DNA of 44,321 nt from Hyphomicrobiales bacterium (GTDB lineage Bacteria > Pseudomonadota > Alphaproteobacteria > Rhizobiales > BM303): positions 1 to 44,321 of the forward strand of contig PKTQ01000384.1 in the NCBI GenBank assembly GCA_002869085.1, in the 5' to 3' direction. The stretch's first letter is position 1. Each line of letters starts with the position of its first letter. Below are positions 18,746 through 27,873 of the stretch, piece by piece. The notes under the pieces are model-generated. The model had not been told where the DNA came from. It searched no databases and saw only the letters and a list, made by a program, of their open reading frames with translations. A program made the position numbers and the translations under genes.

Positions 18746-19569
18746 AGGCACTCTTTAAGCTTTTGTTTGGCTTCTCCAAAAAACCCGTTGTATGGAAGTA
18801 TAGTATCTTTTCGCTGCTGGTTGCTTCTGCTTCATTATCTATTGTTGGTCATCTTATACTTCACAGCGGAGTTGAGGCGACTTTTAGCTCTGATTTAGTT
18901 CAAAATATATTGCCTAACAGCTTCAAAAACTGGTCTGGAATAATCTCATTTTTAACGGCCTTAATACTTTTCTCTGCGGCAACGCCTGTGATATCTGCAT
19001 TAATATTTCCCACAATGGCATTTTTCCAAGTGATATTCTTTAGTATATTTGCCAATGCATATGAGAAAAATAATATCCCTTCAGCAAAAAGCCTGCATAC
19101 TCCGATGATTGTTAATGTATTAGTTCTTCTTAAGTGGTCTATTGCTAAGGGTATTATTTTTATACTGTTACTCCCCTTGTTTCATATACCTATTTTGGGG
19201 GTAGCTGTACATCTGACACTAATAGGCATCTGGATAACATTGGTTTTTTACGAGTTGGTTGCGCGGCGATATTTTGGTGCACATGGGTACTGGAGGGAAC
19301 TCAAGTGTCGGTTGCCCGAGCTATTTAAAGCGGCACTCATTGGCGTAACGATTGGCTATATCTCTGTCACAATTTTGATCTTTCTTAGCATTGCTATACC
19401 ATTACTAAAGCCCATATTCCTCCTGTTATTATTGGCAATGATTATTACAACAAACTACACTATTTCCGCCGCATTTCTTCAGAGTGTCTATGAGTACAAA
19501 GACAAATTAGGATCTGGAGAAAAACTTGCGATACCAAATGTGCAGTTAGTTGATGACACTGTATTTTAA
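18742..19569 (+). CDS. polytopic membrane protein (275 aa), EI24/CysZ-like appearance (low confidence)
   Basis: ATGA start/stop overlap with the upstream gene. At least 6 hydrophobic segments. Confidence 0.6.
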   Translation: MKALFKLLFGFSKKPVVWKYSIFSLLVASASLSIVGHLILHSGVEATFSSDLVQNILPNSFKNWSGIISFLTALILFSAATPVISALIFPTMAFFQVIFFSIFANAYEKNNIPSAKSLHTPMIVNVLVLLKWSIAKGIIFILLLPLFHIPILGVAVHLTLIGIWITLVFYELVARRYFGAHGYWRELKCRLPELFKAALIGVTIGYISVTILIFLSIAIPLLKPIFLLLLLAMIITTNYTISAAFLQSVYEYKDKLGSGEKLAIPNVQLVDDTVF

Positions 19570-19619
19570 TTTGGTGGCTGACATAAATGTGTGCGTTTGT
19601 ATTGAAAAAGGCGTAGGAG

Positions 19620-20394
19620 CTGTTGACAAAGTGTTTTGTCCAGAGGCGGATGGATACCACCTGAACGAAGCCGAGATAGCTTGATTCAGTTTTGTCGTAT
19701 CGTGTGGCCAGGCGACGGGCATTCTTCATTTTGTTGAAGCACCGCTCGACCTGATTGCGCAATGCATAGATATAGCCGTCGATTGGGATCTGAACTTTCC
19801 TGTTTCGCTTCATGGGGATGATTGTGGCACCCCCTCGCGTTTCCATATCATCGCGTATGAAATCAGCGTCATAGCCGCGGTCAGCAATCAGGACTTTGGG
19901 TTCCGGCCCATTTTCTTCCATGAGCGGATGATAGCCTTTGCAGTCAGCACTCTGACCAGCCGAAATTGTAGTCGCTACTGGCAGTCCTATGATATTGGCG
20001 CGGAGGTGAATTTTGCTCGTAAAGCCACCTTTTGAGCGCCCAAGACCCTCTTTCTGAGTCCCCCCTTTGCGCCAGCCGCATGATGATGCGCCCGGACGAT
20101 AGTGCTGTCGATCATCTGAACACTGTCAGGGATGGCCTCGGTGGCGTTCAATGCTTCCAGCAAAATGTCCCACAGGCCCGAGAGCGTCCACCGCCGGAAC
20201 TGCCTGTAAACGGAAGACCATAAGCCAAAATGATCCGGCAGATCACGCCATGGAGTTCCTGTTCTGGCTATCCAGAAAACACCATCCAGAACAAGGCGAT
20301 GATTTTTCGCAGGTCGACCGCGCTTGGGACCTCGCACCGTCACGAAAGGCTCAAAAAAAGCCCACTCCTCATCACTCATAAGACCACGGATCAA
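19620..20394 (-). CDS. IS5/IS427-type DDE transposase, needs a -1 frameshift
   Basis: OrfA MSDEEWAFFEPF..RPAKNHRLVLDGVFWIARTGTPWRDLP. The -1 frame continues GGTQKEGLGRSKGGFTSKIH...LIADRGYDADFIRD...NQVERCFNKMKNARRLATRYDK. Slippery A-AAG-GGG-G lies at about 20058-20070. The reading frame runs through the IR into flanking DNA. Confidence 0.75.
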
Positions 20395-20461
20395 AACTGC
20401 CTCCTCAAAAGACAGTGTTGAATCATATCTCAGCTGATTTGGGAATCTACTTTGTCAACAG
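19620..20461 (-). mobile_element. IS5-family (IS427-group-like) insertion sequence, apparently intact
   Basis: 13-nt terminal inverted repeats CTGTTGACAAAGT (19620-19632) and ACTTTGTCAACAG (20449-20461) enclose a two-frame transposase. Confidence 0.85.
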
Positions 20462-20535
20462 TGTCCATCGTCAGAGTTTTCCGGAGAACTGAGGTTGTTT
20501 TCTAACGGAGGCTCTGGTTCGATTTCTGTTTGAGT

Positions 20536-21516
20536 TTATGCTGCAGCTGATTGGTGCTGCAAGCGGCGTTTTCGGAATGTCTGTTTCTTGATCTCCTCTC
20601 TCATTTTCAGGATCTTCACGCCTCGGCCATGGTAGACATCGGCGGGCGTCAGATTGCCCAGGCTCTCATGGTAACGATAGTTGTTGTAGTACTCGACGAA
20701 GGCACCGATCTGCCGTTCCAGATCGCCAGGTAGGTAGTAGTTTTCCAAGAGAACCCGGTTCTTCATGGTCTGGTGCCAACGCTCGATCTTGCCCTGGGTC
20801 TGCGGGTGATGCGGCGCACCGCGAACATGATCCATGCCCTTGCTATCGAGGTAGTCGGCCAGGTCGGCGGCGACGTAGGACGAACCATTGTCGCTGAGCA
20901 ATCGTGGCTTTTGGACGACCGTGGCTTGATCACACCCTGATGCTTCCAACGCCAGTTCCAGCGTGTCGGTCACATCTACGGCCTTCATCGTCGTGCAAAG
21001 CTTCCAGGCGATGATGTAGCGGCTGTAGTCGTCGAGGATCGTAGACAGATAGAACCACCCCCAGCCGATGACCTTGAGATAGGTGAAGTCGGTCTGCCAC
21101 AGCTCGTTCGGTCTGGTTGTCTTGTCGCGGAACTCATCGGCTGCGCAGATCACCACATGGGCCGGTGCCGTGATGAGGTCTTCCGCCTTGAGAAGGCGAT
21201 ACGCTGAAGATTCAGAGATAAAATACCGCTCCTCATCGGTGTATTTAACCGCGAGTTCGCGCGGTGTCAGGTCTTCGTGGTCCAGCGCAAACTCGATAAA
21301 GGCTTTACGGGTGTCGTCTGGGATACGGTTCCAGACTGACCGGGGCCGTGGCGACCGATCTGTCAGGCCATCAATCCCTCCTTCAACCCAGCGGGCATAC
21401 CAGTCATAAAAAGTGCTGCTGGGGATGCCGAGCATCTTCAAGGTCTGCCTGGTCGACAGATGTGACCCCTCGACTGTGCGGATGATCTCCAGCTTTTCGG
21501 ATGCAGGATACCTCAT
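20536..21516 (-). CDS. IS3-family transposase OrfB, DDE/rve integrase core (326 aa)
   Basis: WQTDFTYLKV...LSDNGSSYVA...HHPQTQGKIERWHQTMK. ATGA overlap with the OrfA stop. Confidence 0.85.
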   Translation of the reverse strand: MRYPASEKLEIIRTVEGSHLSTRQTLKMLGIPSSTFYDWYARWVEGGIDGLTDRSPRPRSVWNRIPDDTRKAFIEFALDHEDLTPRELAVKYTDEERYFISESSAYRLLKAEDLITAPAHVVICAADEFRDKTTRPNELWQTDFTYLKVIGWGWFYLSTILDDYSRYIIAWKLCTTMKAVDVTDTLELALEASGCDQATVVQKPRLLSDNGSSYVAADLADYLDSKGMDHVRGAPHHPQTQGKIERWHQTMKNRVLLENYYLPGDLERQIGAFVEYYNNYRYHESLGNLTPADVYHGRGVKILKMREEIKKQTFRKRRLQHQSAAA

Positions 21517-21887
21517 TCGTCGTCGCCCCCATCCGCGATCATGCTTTTTTTGAGCAGGCGGTTCTCAAGCATCAGCTCAGCAACAACCTCCTTCAGCGCC
21601 AGCGCCTCAGACCGTAACTCCTTAACCTCAGGTGCCGTCGCCTGACGCGCCGTATCGCCTGCCAGCCGGTTCTTGCCGGCCTCCAGGAACTCCTTCGACC
21701 AGGAGTAATACAGGCTCTCGGCGATCCCCTCACGGCGGCACAGCGCGGCGATGCTCTCCTCGCCCCGAAGGCCAGCCAGAACAATCCTGATCTTCTCTTC
21801 GGCTGTATACTGTTTACGGGTCTTACGCTTGATGCCCCTGACCAGCTTGTCAGCAGCGCCCTTCGATGTTCCGGATTTCTTGTTCAT
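21513..21887 (-). CDS. IS3-family transposase OrfA (124 aa)
   Basis: YTAEEKIRIVLAGLRGEESIAALCRREGIAESLYYSWSKEFLEAG, then a leucine-zipper-like tail. Confidence 0.85.
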   Translation of the reverse strand: MNKKSGTSKGAADKLVRGIKRKTRKQYTAEEKIRIVLAGLRGEESIAALCRREGIAESLYYSWSKEFLEAGKNRLAGDTARQATAPEVKELRSEALALKEVVAELMLENRLLKKSMIADGGDDE

Positions 21888-21952
21888 CTTCGCTCCTTAA
21901 TGGCTTCGATGAACCAGAAATCCTCCGTTGATCAAACCCCTAAATCTGTCCA

Positions 21953-22282
21953 ATGGGTGCTGACGTCAGACACCAGAGCCCGCGATCATTTTTCAAAGGG
22001 AGTTCAATTCTTCGGAAATATGTCGTGTATCAAAGAGCATTCCGGCAAAAGGTGCATACCAAGCTCTTTGGAATTCCCGCCTTTCAAGTACTGACTGTGA
22101 CCACCAAGCCCGGACGGGTTGAGCAGATGCAACAGGCATGGCGCAACCACCTAGCAAAGGGTGTTCATGCTATCAATCCGGCCTTCTTCCTGTTCACTGA
22201 TTGGGAGACGATCGAACAGCATGAAGGGGATATTCTCTCCATGCCGTTTCTGAGCGCCAAAGGTGAAGAGCTGGTGCTGTAG
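21953..22282 (+). pseudogene. 5'-truncated paralog of 14574..14924 (replication-relaxation-like C-terminal region), cut by the IS3-family element
   Basis: Homology to the 14574 gene starts right at the IS end. The preceding residues are in another frame (21900..22094). Confidence 0.5.
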
Positions 22283-22303
22283 GGAGTTGGTTTAGATGGG
22301 GTT

Positions 22304-23878
22304 TTATCTTTTACTCCCAATTCTTTCTATTTCTTCCAACGCTTTGTTCAGCTTTTCAACTTCTGCTTCCTTCCAAAGGCCATGATTCATCTTATCCCTG
22401 ATTTCTAAAATAAAACTTACTATATAACCAACGGGAATCCCAAAAATCAGCCCCCCTAGAAGCCCAGTGGCAAGGCCATTACCTGCACCGTCGCCGCCAG
22501 CTGAGCTTAAAAGAGATAGAATTATTGAAATTGCTATAACTACAGGCCATGATATTTTATGTCTTTTATTTTTTGATTGTGATGACTTCACATCCCTAAT
22601 GGACTTGTTTATTTTTTTCTTGATATCATCAAAACCTTCGCGGACATCTTTCTCTATATAGTATATTTTATCATTGTAATTTAGGAGCTCACCTAATGAT
22701 AGATTGCTTTCTTTTTGGAAGTACTCTTTCATTTCTTTCAGAAAGTCAAAATTTGAATACTTATAAGCGTACTTCACAGACGTTTCAAGGTGATGATAGT
22801 TTATTTCCCTAAAGTACTTTACATATTGATCAATTTGTGTGCGAACTTCCCTAATACACTCCTGGATTACATCTTCAATATAACTCTTGTTTTTGAGTAA
22901 GTCTGGATCAGAAGCGGCTCTAATCCCATACATGTGATCGACCAATAAGCACCCTTTAAAATGTATCTTCCCGTTTACTGTATCTTCCTCATGAAAATGA
23001 ACTTTTGCAAGGTCATATTTACTTAAACCATCATTAGGGTTGAGAGTGATTGATTGGCGAAGATACTTTTTTGCATCTTCAAAATTGCCGATACAATAGC
23101 ACGCATACCCTGCTAGGCCATAATTTCTTGAGCTTGCCTTTTTATCCACCCCGGATGAATACTTAGAAGCCAATAGAAATTCCTCAATGGCTTGTGGAAT
23201 ATCAAAATATTTATCAGTACAATTTTTGTAATTGCCAAGATGTATCAACCCTCTGAGTGTGTAGAATCGATGCTCTAGTCTATATCCCGCATTGTTATTG
23301 TCTCCAGTAATCGCTTTGTTGATGTATTCGTAAGATTCATCTATCAGATTCCTATGAAATGCATCCTGTGCTATGCTAAACTGCTCGAATGCCCATGTTT
23401 GGTCAGGCGTTTTTGCAACTTTCAGCAATTCATCCAGGGTGTCATTCATCCGGCTCATCTCTGCAGCCATTTCAGCAAAACCTAGATCAAGAATAGATGC
23501 TATATTGTCTAGTGAATCGCCTACCCGATCCATAGAGGTAGAAAGTTGTTGGAATCCAGCAGATACCTCATCTGATAAACTATCAAGAGAATTAATAATC
23601 CCTTCTTGCACCGCAATGTTTCTACTTGCTAACTCCTCATTTGAGGTGATTAATTTGCAAATATTCTTATCAACATTCATTTCGATTCGATCGAAATGGC
23701 TTTTGCTCTCTAAATATTCTTGGTAGCTGAATCCATCTCTGAAATAGTATGGGTGCTGTGGTCCAAAATAGATACCTAGATCTGATTTGCTCACTTTTTT
23801 TCCAGTTATATTCTTTAAGGACGAGAATAATTTTTGAAGCTTGATAGAGCATGATTCTAAGATACTCATGCTGCCCAT
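22304..23878 (-). CDS. TPR-containing protein with C-terminal double TM segment (524 aa), AT-rich cassette
   Basis: TPR-like YGLAGYACYCIGNFEDAKKYLRQSITLNPND. Coiled-coil N-terminal region. C-terminal ISWPVVIAISIILSLLS and GLLGGLIFGIPVGYIVSFIL. Confidence 0.65.
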   Translation of the reverse strand: MGSMSILESCSIKLQKLFSSLKNITGKKVSKSDLGIYFGPQHPYYFRDGFSYQEYLESKSHFDRIEMNVDKNICKLITSNEELASRNIAVQEGIINSLDSLSDEVSAGFQQLSTSMDRVGDSLDNIASILDLGFAEMAAEMSRMNDTLDELLKVAKTPDQTWAFEQFSIAQDAFHRNLIDESYEYINKAITGDNNNAGYRLEHRFYTLRGLIHLGNYKNCTDKYFDIPQAIEEFLLASKYSSGVDKKASSRNYGLAGYACYCIGNFEDAKKYLRQSITLNPNDGLSKYDLAKVHFHEEDTVNGKIHFKGCLLVDHMYGIRAASDPDLLKNKSYIEDVIQECIREVRTQIDQYVKYFREINYHHLETSVKYAYKYSNFDFLKEMKEYFQKESNLSLGELLNYNDKIYYIEKDVREGFDDIKKKINKSIRDVKSSQSKNKRHKISWPVVIAISIILSLLSSAGGDGAGNGLATGLLGGLIFGIPVGYIVSFILEIRDKMNHGLWKEAEVEKLNKALEEIERIGSKR

Positions 23879-24033
23879 GAGCTTAATATAGCGCTCTCAT
23901 ATGGTCTAGGTAAATTGATTGCTTATGAGTGAGAACAGGTCAATACCGGCTTTTCGGCCGATCCTGACAGAAAGGGTGAGCCGTGCAAATTCCCAGATCT
24001 ATGGCATACTGTCTGTATATGTCAGTAACAACT

Positions 24034-24221
24034 ATGGAGCTCTACGAGGCGCTTATCGCAGCCGGGGTAGGGGAGGAGAAGGCAAAAGCTGCAGCAAAGG
24101 CAGTTATTTCTCGTGAAGAAGCCCAAGGTCTTGCCACCAAAGGTGATGTGTCTGATTTGAAGGTGGATCTTTATAAGTTTCTGTTTGCGGCCATGGTAAC
24201 CCAAACGGTCTTTATTGTTGG
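24034..24221 (+). pseudogene. DUF1640-like small coiled-coil/TM protein, 3'-truncated by IS insertion
   Basis: MELYEALIAAGVGEEKAKAAAKAVISREEAQGLATKGDVSDLKVDLYKFLFAAMVTQTVFIVG. The frame then runs into the IS terminal repeat at 24222. Confidence 0.5.
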
Positions 24222-24288
24222 TGACCTGCCCCCCGCATAATCCCTCACCATGATGTAGAGTCTGCCCAACTTTTGAAGGAGCAGACGA

Positions 24289-24552
24289 ATGCGAAAGAGC
24301 CGTTTCACCGAAGGGCAAATTATTGGGATGATCAAAGAGCAGGAGGCCGGGATGCCGACTGCTGAGGTATGCCGCAGGCATGGTCTGAGCCCTGCGTCAT
24401 TCTATAAGCTGAAATCCAAATATGGTGGCATGGAAGTGTCGGATGCTGCCCGTTTGAAGGCACTGGAAGATGAGAACGCCAAACTCAAACGGTTGCTGGC
24501 AGATACGATGCTGGACAATGTGGTTCTGAAAGATTTGCTGGGAAAGAACTGA
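24289..24552 (+). CDS. IS407-group transposase OrfA (87 aa)
   Basis: MRKSRFTEGQIIGMIKEQEAGMPTAEVCRRHGLSPASFYKLKSKYGGM...LEDENAKLKRLLADTMLDN. Confidence 0.85.
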   Translation: MRKSRFTEGQIIGMIKEQEAGMPTAEVCRRHGLSPASFYKLKSKYGGMEVSDAARLKALEDENAKLKRLLADTMLDNVVLKDLLGKN

Positions 24553-25447
24553 CGACGCCAACTGAACGGCGGGATGCGGCACTGAGAGCGATGCGGGATC
24601 ACGATATCTCGCAGCGCCGGGTGTGCAAGCTCGTTGGTGTCGATCCTAAAACGGTCCGGCGAGTCGCCCGCTGGACAATCCGGAAATCCGCGCGGAAATG
24701 AAGAAGGTTGCGCGCAAACGCCGCCGGTTCGGCTATCGGCGGATCGGCGTGATGCTACAACGCAAGGGGATGACCATGAACCATAAGAAGCTGTACCGGC
24801 TTTACAGCGAAGAAGGGTTATCGGTTAAGCGACGGCGGGGGCGCAAACGCGCCAGAGGTTCGCGAACGCCGATGCCGGCAGCCACACGGCCCGATCAGCG
24901 CTGGTCGCTGGACTTCCTGGCCGACACCTTCGGGGCCTCACGCCGCTTCCGCATCCTGGCTGTGAATGACGATTGTTGCCGGGAGAACCTTTGCCTGATG
25001 GCCGACACCAGCATATCCGGTGCACGCGTGGCGCGGGAGCTGGATGCGCTTGTCCGGCTCTATGGCAAACCGGCCTGCATTGTCTCCGACAACGGCACCG
25101 AGTTCACCAGCCGCGCGATCCTGCAATGGGCCAACGAGAACGATATCGAATGGCACTACATTGATCCGGGCAAGCCACAGCAGAACGCCTTCATCGAATC
25201 ATTCAACGGCAGTCTTCGGGATGAACTGCTGAACGAAGAAATCTTCGACAGTCTGGATGATGCCAGGCGCAAGTTGGCTCTGTGGCGATACGACTACAAT
25301 CATGTCAGGCCGCACTCATCACTCGCCAATATGACACCCGCTGAAGCGCGCCGGGCGCTTGAGCTGAGTGTGGGTTCCGCGCCCGACGCGCTTGCTCAAT
25401 CCGATGCCAAAGACTATGAAAACAAAACGCGCAGACTCTCGTTATGA
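24546..25447 (+). pseudogene. IS407-group transposase OrfB, frame-disrupted
   Basis: The -1 frame from GGGAAAG gives [41 protein letters not shown] and then stops (~24697). The DDE part ([24 protein letters not shown]...SDNGTEFTS...[11 protein letters not shown]) is in a third frame that opens only after a TAA at ~24645. This implies an extra indel near 24655-24675. Confidence 0.7.
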
Positions 25448-25473
25448 ATGAGGGACGCTCGGGGGGCAGGTCA

Positions 25474-25625
25474 CTCAGCCAGTTGAAGATCAGGTTGGCA
25501 TTCATTGCGTAACGCCGGGCAACCTGGGCAACCGAAACGCCAGGCACACGAGCCTGTCCGCAAATCGAGCGCTTCTCATCTTCGCTCCAAGACCGCCGCA
25601 ACCGTTTCTTTGTCAATTCCCGCAT
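25474..25625 (-). pseudogene. IS66-family TnpA (orf1) N-terminal remnant, cut by the IS407-like element
   Basis: MRELTKKRLRRSWSEDEKRSICGQARVPGVSVAQVARRYAMNANLIFNWL matches the IS66 accessory-protein pattern. Homology ends at the IS boundary, 25473/25474. Confidence 0.65.
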
Positions 25626-25781
25626 CCGGTAGTGTCCACTTATTCGTGGTGGACACTAACCCATGCTATCCACATGCGTTAGGTCGGGTTCCCCGGACGC
25701 TCACGTGCCAGTTGACAATTTTTCCGTAAAATTAGAGTGATTTAATAATCTGCCTGCTGCGCTGCACAGATGACTAGGACA

Positions 25782-27020
25782 TCAAGTCTTTTGCCACGAC
25801 AAAATGTCAGAAAGTTGCTTACCAATCTCTTTATTTGCTGTTTGCAGAGTGCCAGATGCCAAATGAGCATATCTTTCAGTGGTGACTGATTTTTTATGCC
25901 CCATGAGCTTGCCAATCACTGGCAAGCTCATCCCTGAAGCTACAGCTATTGAAGCAAAACTATGCCGCAGATCGTGGATGCGCACATCTTCCAGGCCACA
26001 CAATTTACGAATTCGGTTCCACGGTTTTTGTAGATTGATCAGGTTTTTCCCCTCCTTGCCACCAACGATAACAAAAGGATTATTTTTCAATTTGGGTAAA
26101 TTCCTCAAAACCTCGACCGCAGGAGGAGAGAGAAAGATACTTTTTTTCCCTGTTTTTGAATCTGGTAAATTCAGGACTTCTTTTTCTAGATCCACATGTT
26201 CCCATTTTAAATTTAGAATCTCGCCAAGCCGTGCTCCGGTAAAAATGAGCAACCGGATAGCTGCAATTGCGTAGGGGTTTTCCTGGTCAGTATCTTTAAG
26301 TCGATTCAGGATTTCTCCCAATCTCTCAAATTCCTCAGTTGAGAGATATCGTTCACATTTATTTTCTTTAAAACGAGTGACTTGATGAGCGGGATTTGAT
26401 CCATCCGGACGCAGGTTCCACCGCTCAGCTAGATTGAACATCTTAGACACCAACGCCAGACAACGATTGGCTACACCTGGTCCACCAGTAACAACAGCCC
26501 CTCCTCGATACTCTCTTTTCCCATCAGGGTTTTTTGCAGCCGTTTTACCATTTCTGATATCGTTCTTAAATCGATCAATATCTTCACGTGTTACATCCTG
26601 AACTGGGATATTTCCAATCAGAGGAAGGACATGGTTCTGGATGTTTTTTCTATCTGTGTTGTAACTTGATGGCTTTTTATGAATCTCGGCGTAATCTTTC
26701 AAATACCGATCACATAAATCACTTATCAAAACCTGGTCGCGTTTAGCTTCACGAAGAGCCACCAAATCTTTTCCAGCATAGATATCAGCGAGCAACCTCT
26801 GAGCTTGTTTTCTGGCGTTAACTACTGTCCACGGACTTCCATGTTCTCCAATGGTGAACCATTTCTGCCTTCCTTTGATACGAGCTTTGAGAACATACTT
26901 TTTCGCATTGGTCTGTCTTCTAACACCAAATCCCTTCACCTCAGAATCCCAGACGATCTGGTTTGGTTGGAGTCTATCGACAATTGACTTAGTGATTTTT
27001 GTTGTTTTTCCTTTTGTCAT
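25782..27020 (-). CDS. int: tyrosine site-specific integrase, P4/CP4-57-like with N-terminal arm-binding (DUF4102-like) domain
   Basis: VWDSEVKGFGVRRQTNAKKYVLKARIKGRQKWFTIG (N-terminal domain). TGARLGEIL, HDLRHSFAS and TTERYAHL (R..HxxR..Y catalytic signature). 153 nt from the tRNA-derived direct repeat. Confidence 0.9.
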   Translation of the reverse strand: MTKGKTTKITKSIVDRLQPNQIVWDSEVKGFGVRRQTNAKKYVLKARIKGRQKWFTIGEHGSPWTVVNARKQAQRLLADIYAGKDLVALREAKRDQVLISDLCDRYLKDYAEIHKKPSSYNTDRKNIQNHVLPLIGNIPVQDVTREDIDRFKNDIRNGKTAAKNPDGKREYRGGAVVTGGPGVANRCLALVSKMFNLAERWNLRPDGSNPAHQVTRFKENKCERYLSTEEFERLGEILNRLKDTDQENPYAIAAIRLLIFTGARLGEILNLKWEHVDLEKEVLNLPDSKTGKKSIFLSPPAVEVLRNLPKLKNNPFVIVGGKEGKNLINLQKPWNRIRKLCGLEDVRIHDLRHSFASIAVASGMSLPVIGKLMGHKKSVTTERYAHLASGTLQTANKEIGKQLSDILSWQKT

Positions 27021-27173
27021 AATATCTCTTTCATAAATTTTATTTTTTTAGCAACCATATAGCTACCATATAGGAGACAAATATAGCGAATTCATGGCAA
27101 GCAGTGACTACATCACAACTGATATTTCAAAGGAATTACAACCAGCAACAAACTGTGTCGTAAATAACACTCA

Positions 27174-27220
27174 GACTGAAAATCCGCGTGTCGGTGGTTC
27201 GATTCCGCCCCTGGGCACCA
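27174..27220 (+). repeat. 47-nt exact direct repeat of the tRNA-Phe 3' part (= nt 53-99); att site bounding island A
   Basis: GACTGAAAATCCGCGTGTCGGTGGTTCGATTCCGCCCCTGGGCACCA is identical at 53-99 and 27174-27220. The tRNA 5' half is absent here. Confidence 0.9.
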
Positions 27221-27354
27221 CTTCCCCTCCACCCAACCGACCCCCGGCAGTAGCCCAGCTTAACCCGCTTTGGGAATTTGCCTGCTGCTTCCAGTCGGAC
27301 GACGGGTTGAGGTGAATAGAGAACCAGCTCTTTCACCCGACGCTTCGATAACAT
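27221..27354 (-). pseudogene. AlpA-like regulator, 3'-truncated exactly at the att repeat
   Basis: MLSKRRVKELVLYSPQPVVRLEAAGKFPKRVKLGYCRGSVGWR resembles the AlpA core (..GKFPKPVKLG.RSVGW). The frame then runs into the tRNA-derived repeat. Confidence 0.5.
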
Positions 27355-27615
27355 TCTCATCACGATACTCCTCATGTTGAGGAGCATCACGATGCCCCAT
27401 GGGTTGACTGTTTAGGGCACACTGAAAGTAGTATAAAGTTATCATTCAACTCAACTATACGGAGAGCAAAAGAAATCGATTGTTTCTGAATTATTTTTCC
27501 CATCATCATAGCGTCGCATAGGAGCTCAAAGCGATCTAAGGCGCCATATAGAGAACGGTGACAGGCCCGGATATATTTGAATATTGGGTACTTCCTATTG
27601 AAAAGGAGGTATATC

Positions 27616-27831
27616 ATGGCAACCAAACGCAGACAGAAAACAGACGCCTACACATGGGGTGATGCATTCAAAGCCTTCGGTTGTGGCTGGGCTGATACTG
27701 GCAAGAAATTCGCCGGCGATTGGGCAGACACCGGCGCATCAGTCAGCAGGCAGCTGTTCACCGGAGACTTCAGAAAAGAGCAGGAGGCGAAAAGGAGGCG
27801 AGAGCGAAAACTCCGAACGCGGCGTTCCTAA
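27616..27831 (+). CDS. small basic protein (71 aa) with internal (G/D)WADTG repeat
   Basis: Strong RBS AAGGAGG 7 nt upstream of ATG 27616. A terminator-like hairpin lies downstream. Confidence 0.5.
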   Translation: MATKRRQKTDAYTWGDAFKAFGCGWADTGKKFAGDWADTGASVSRQLFTGDFRKEQEAKRRRERKLRTRRS

Positions 27832-27844
27832 TAATCAAACTCAC

Positions 27845-27873
27845 AAGCCCCCTTCTCGGAGGGCTTATTTGTT
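27845..27873 (+). terminator. putative Rho-independent terminator
   Basis: AAGCCC..loop..GGGCTT followed by ATTTGTT, 14 nt after the stop at 27831. Confidence 0.5.

Larger units (their letters stand above)
20485..21945 (-). mobile_element. IS3-family insertion sequence (ends approximate)
   Basis: OrfA/OrfB pair. Imperfect terminal repeats share AACGGAGG..CTGGTTC near 20500-20525 and 21905-21935. Exact termini were not resolved. Confidence 0.65.
24222..25473 (+). mobile_element. IS3-family, IS407-group-like insertion sequence (1252 bp)
   Basis: Terminal inverted repeats TGACCTGCCCCCC (24222-24234) and GGGGGGCAGGTCA (25461-25473). Flanks TTGG and CTCA do not form a target duplication. Confidence 0.85.

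Noticed and set aside
19460-19619. Extension of the IS transposase ORF beyond the IS terminal repeat
   Set aside because: This is read-through into flanking DNA antisense to gene 18742..19569. It is not part of the element.
25630-25658. Perfect 10-bp stem-loop TAGTGTCCAC-N9-GTGGACACTA upstream of the IS66 tnpA remnant
   Set aside because: It is probably part of the IS66 end or promoter region. No function can be assigned from sequence alone.
27094-27315. 73-aa plus-strand ORF spanning the att repeat
   Set aside because: It translates the tRNA-derived repeat itself, which makes it an artefact of ORF calling.
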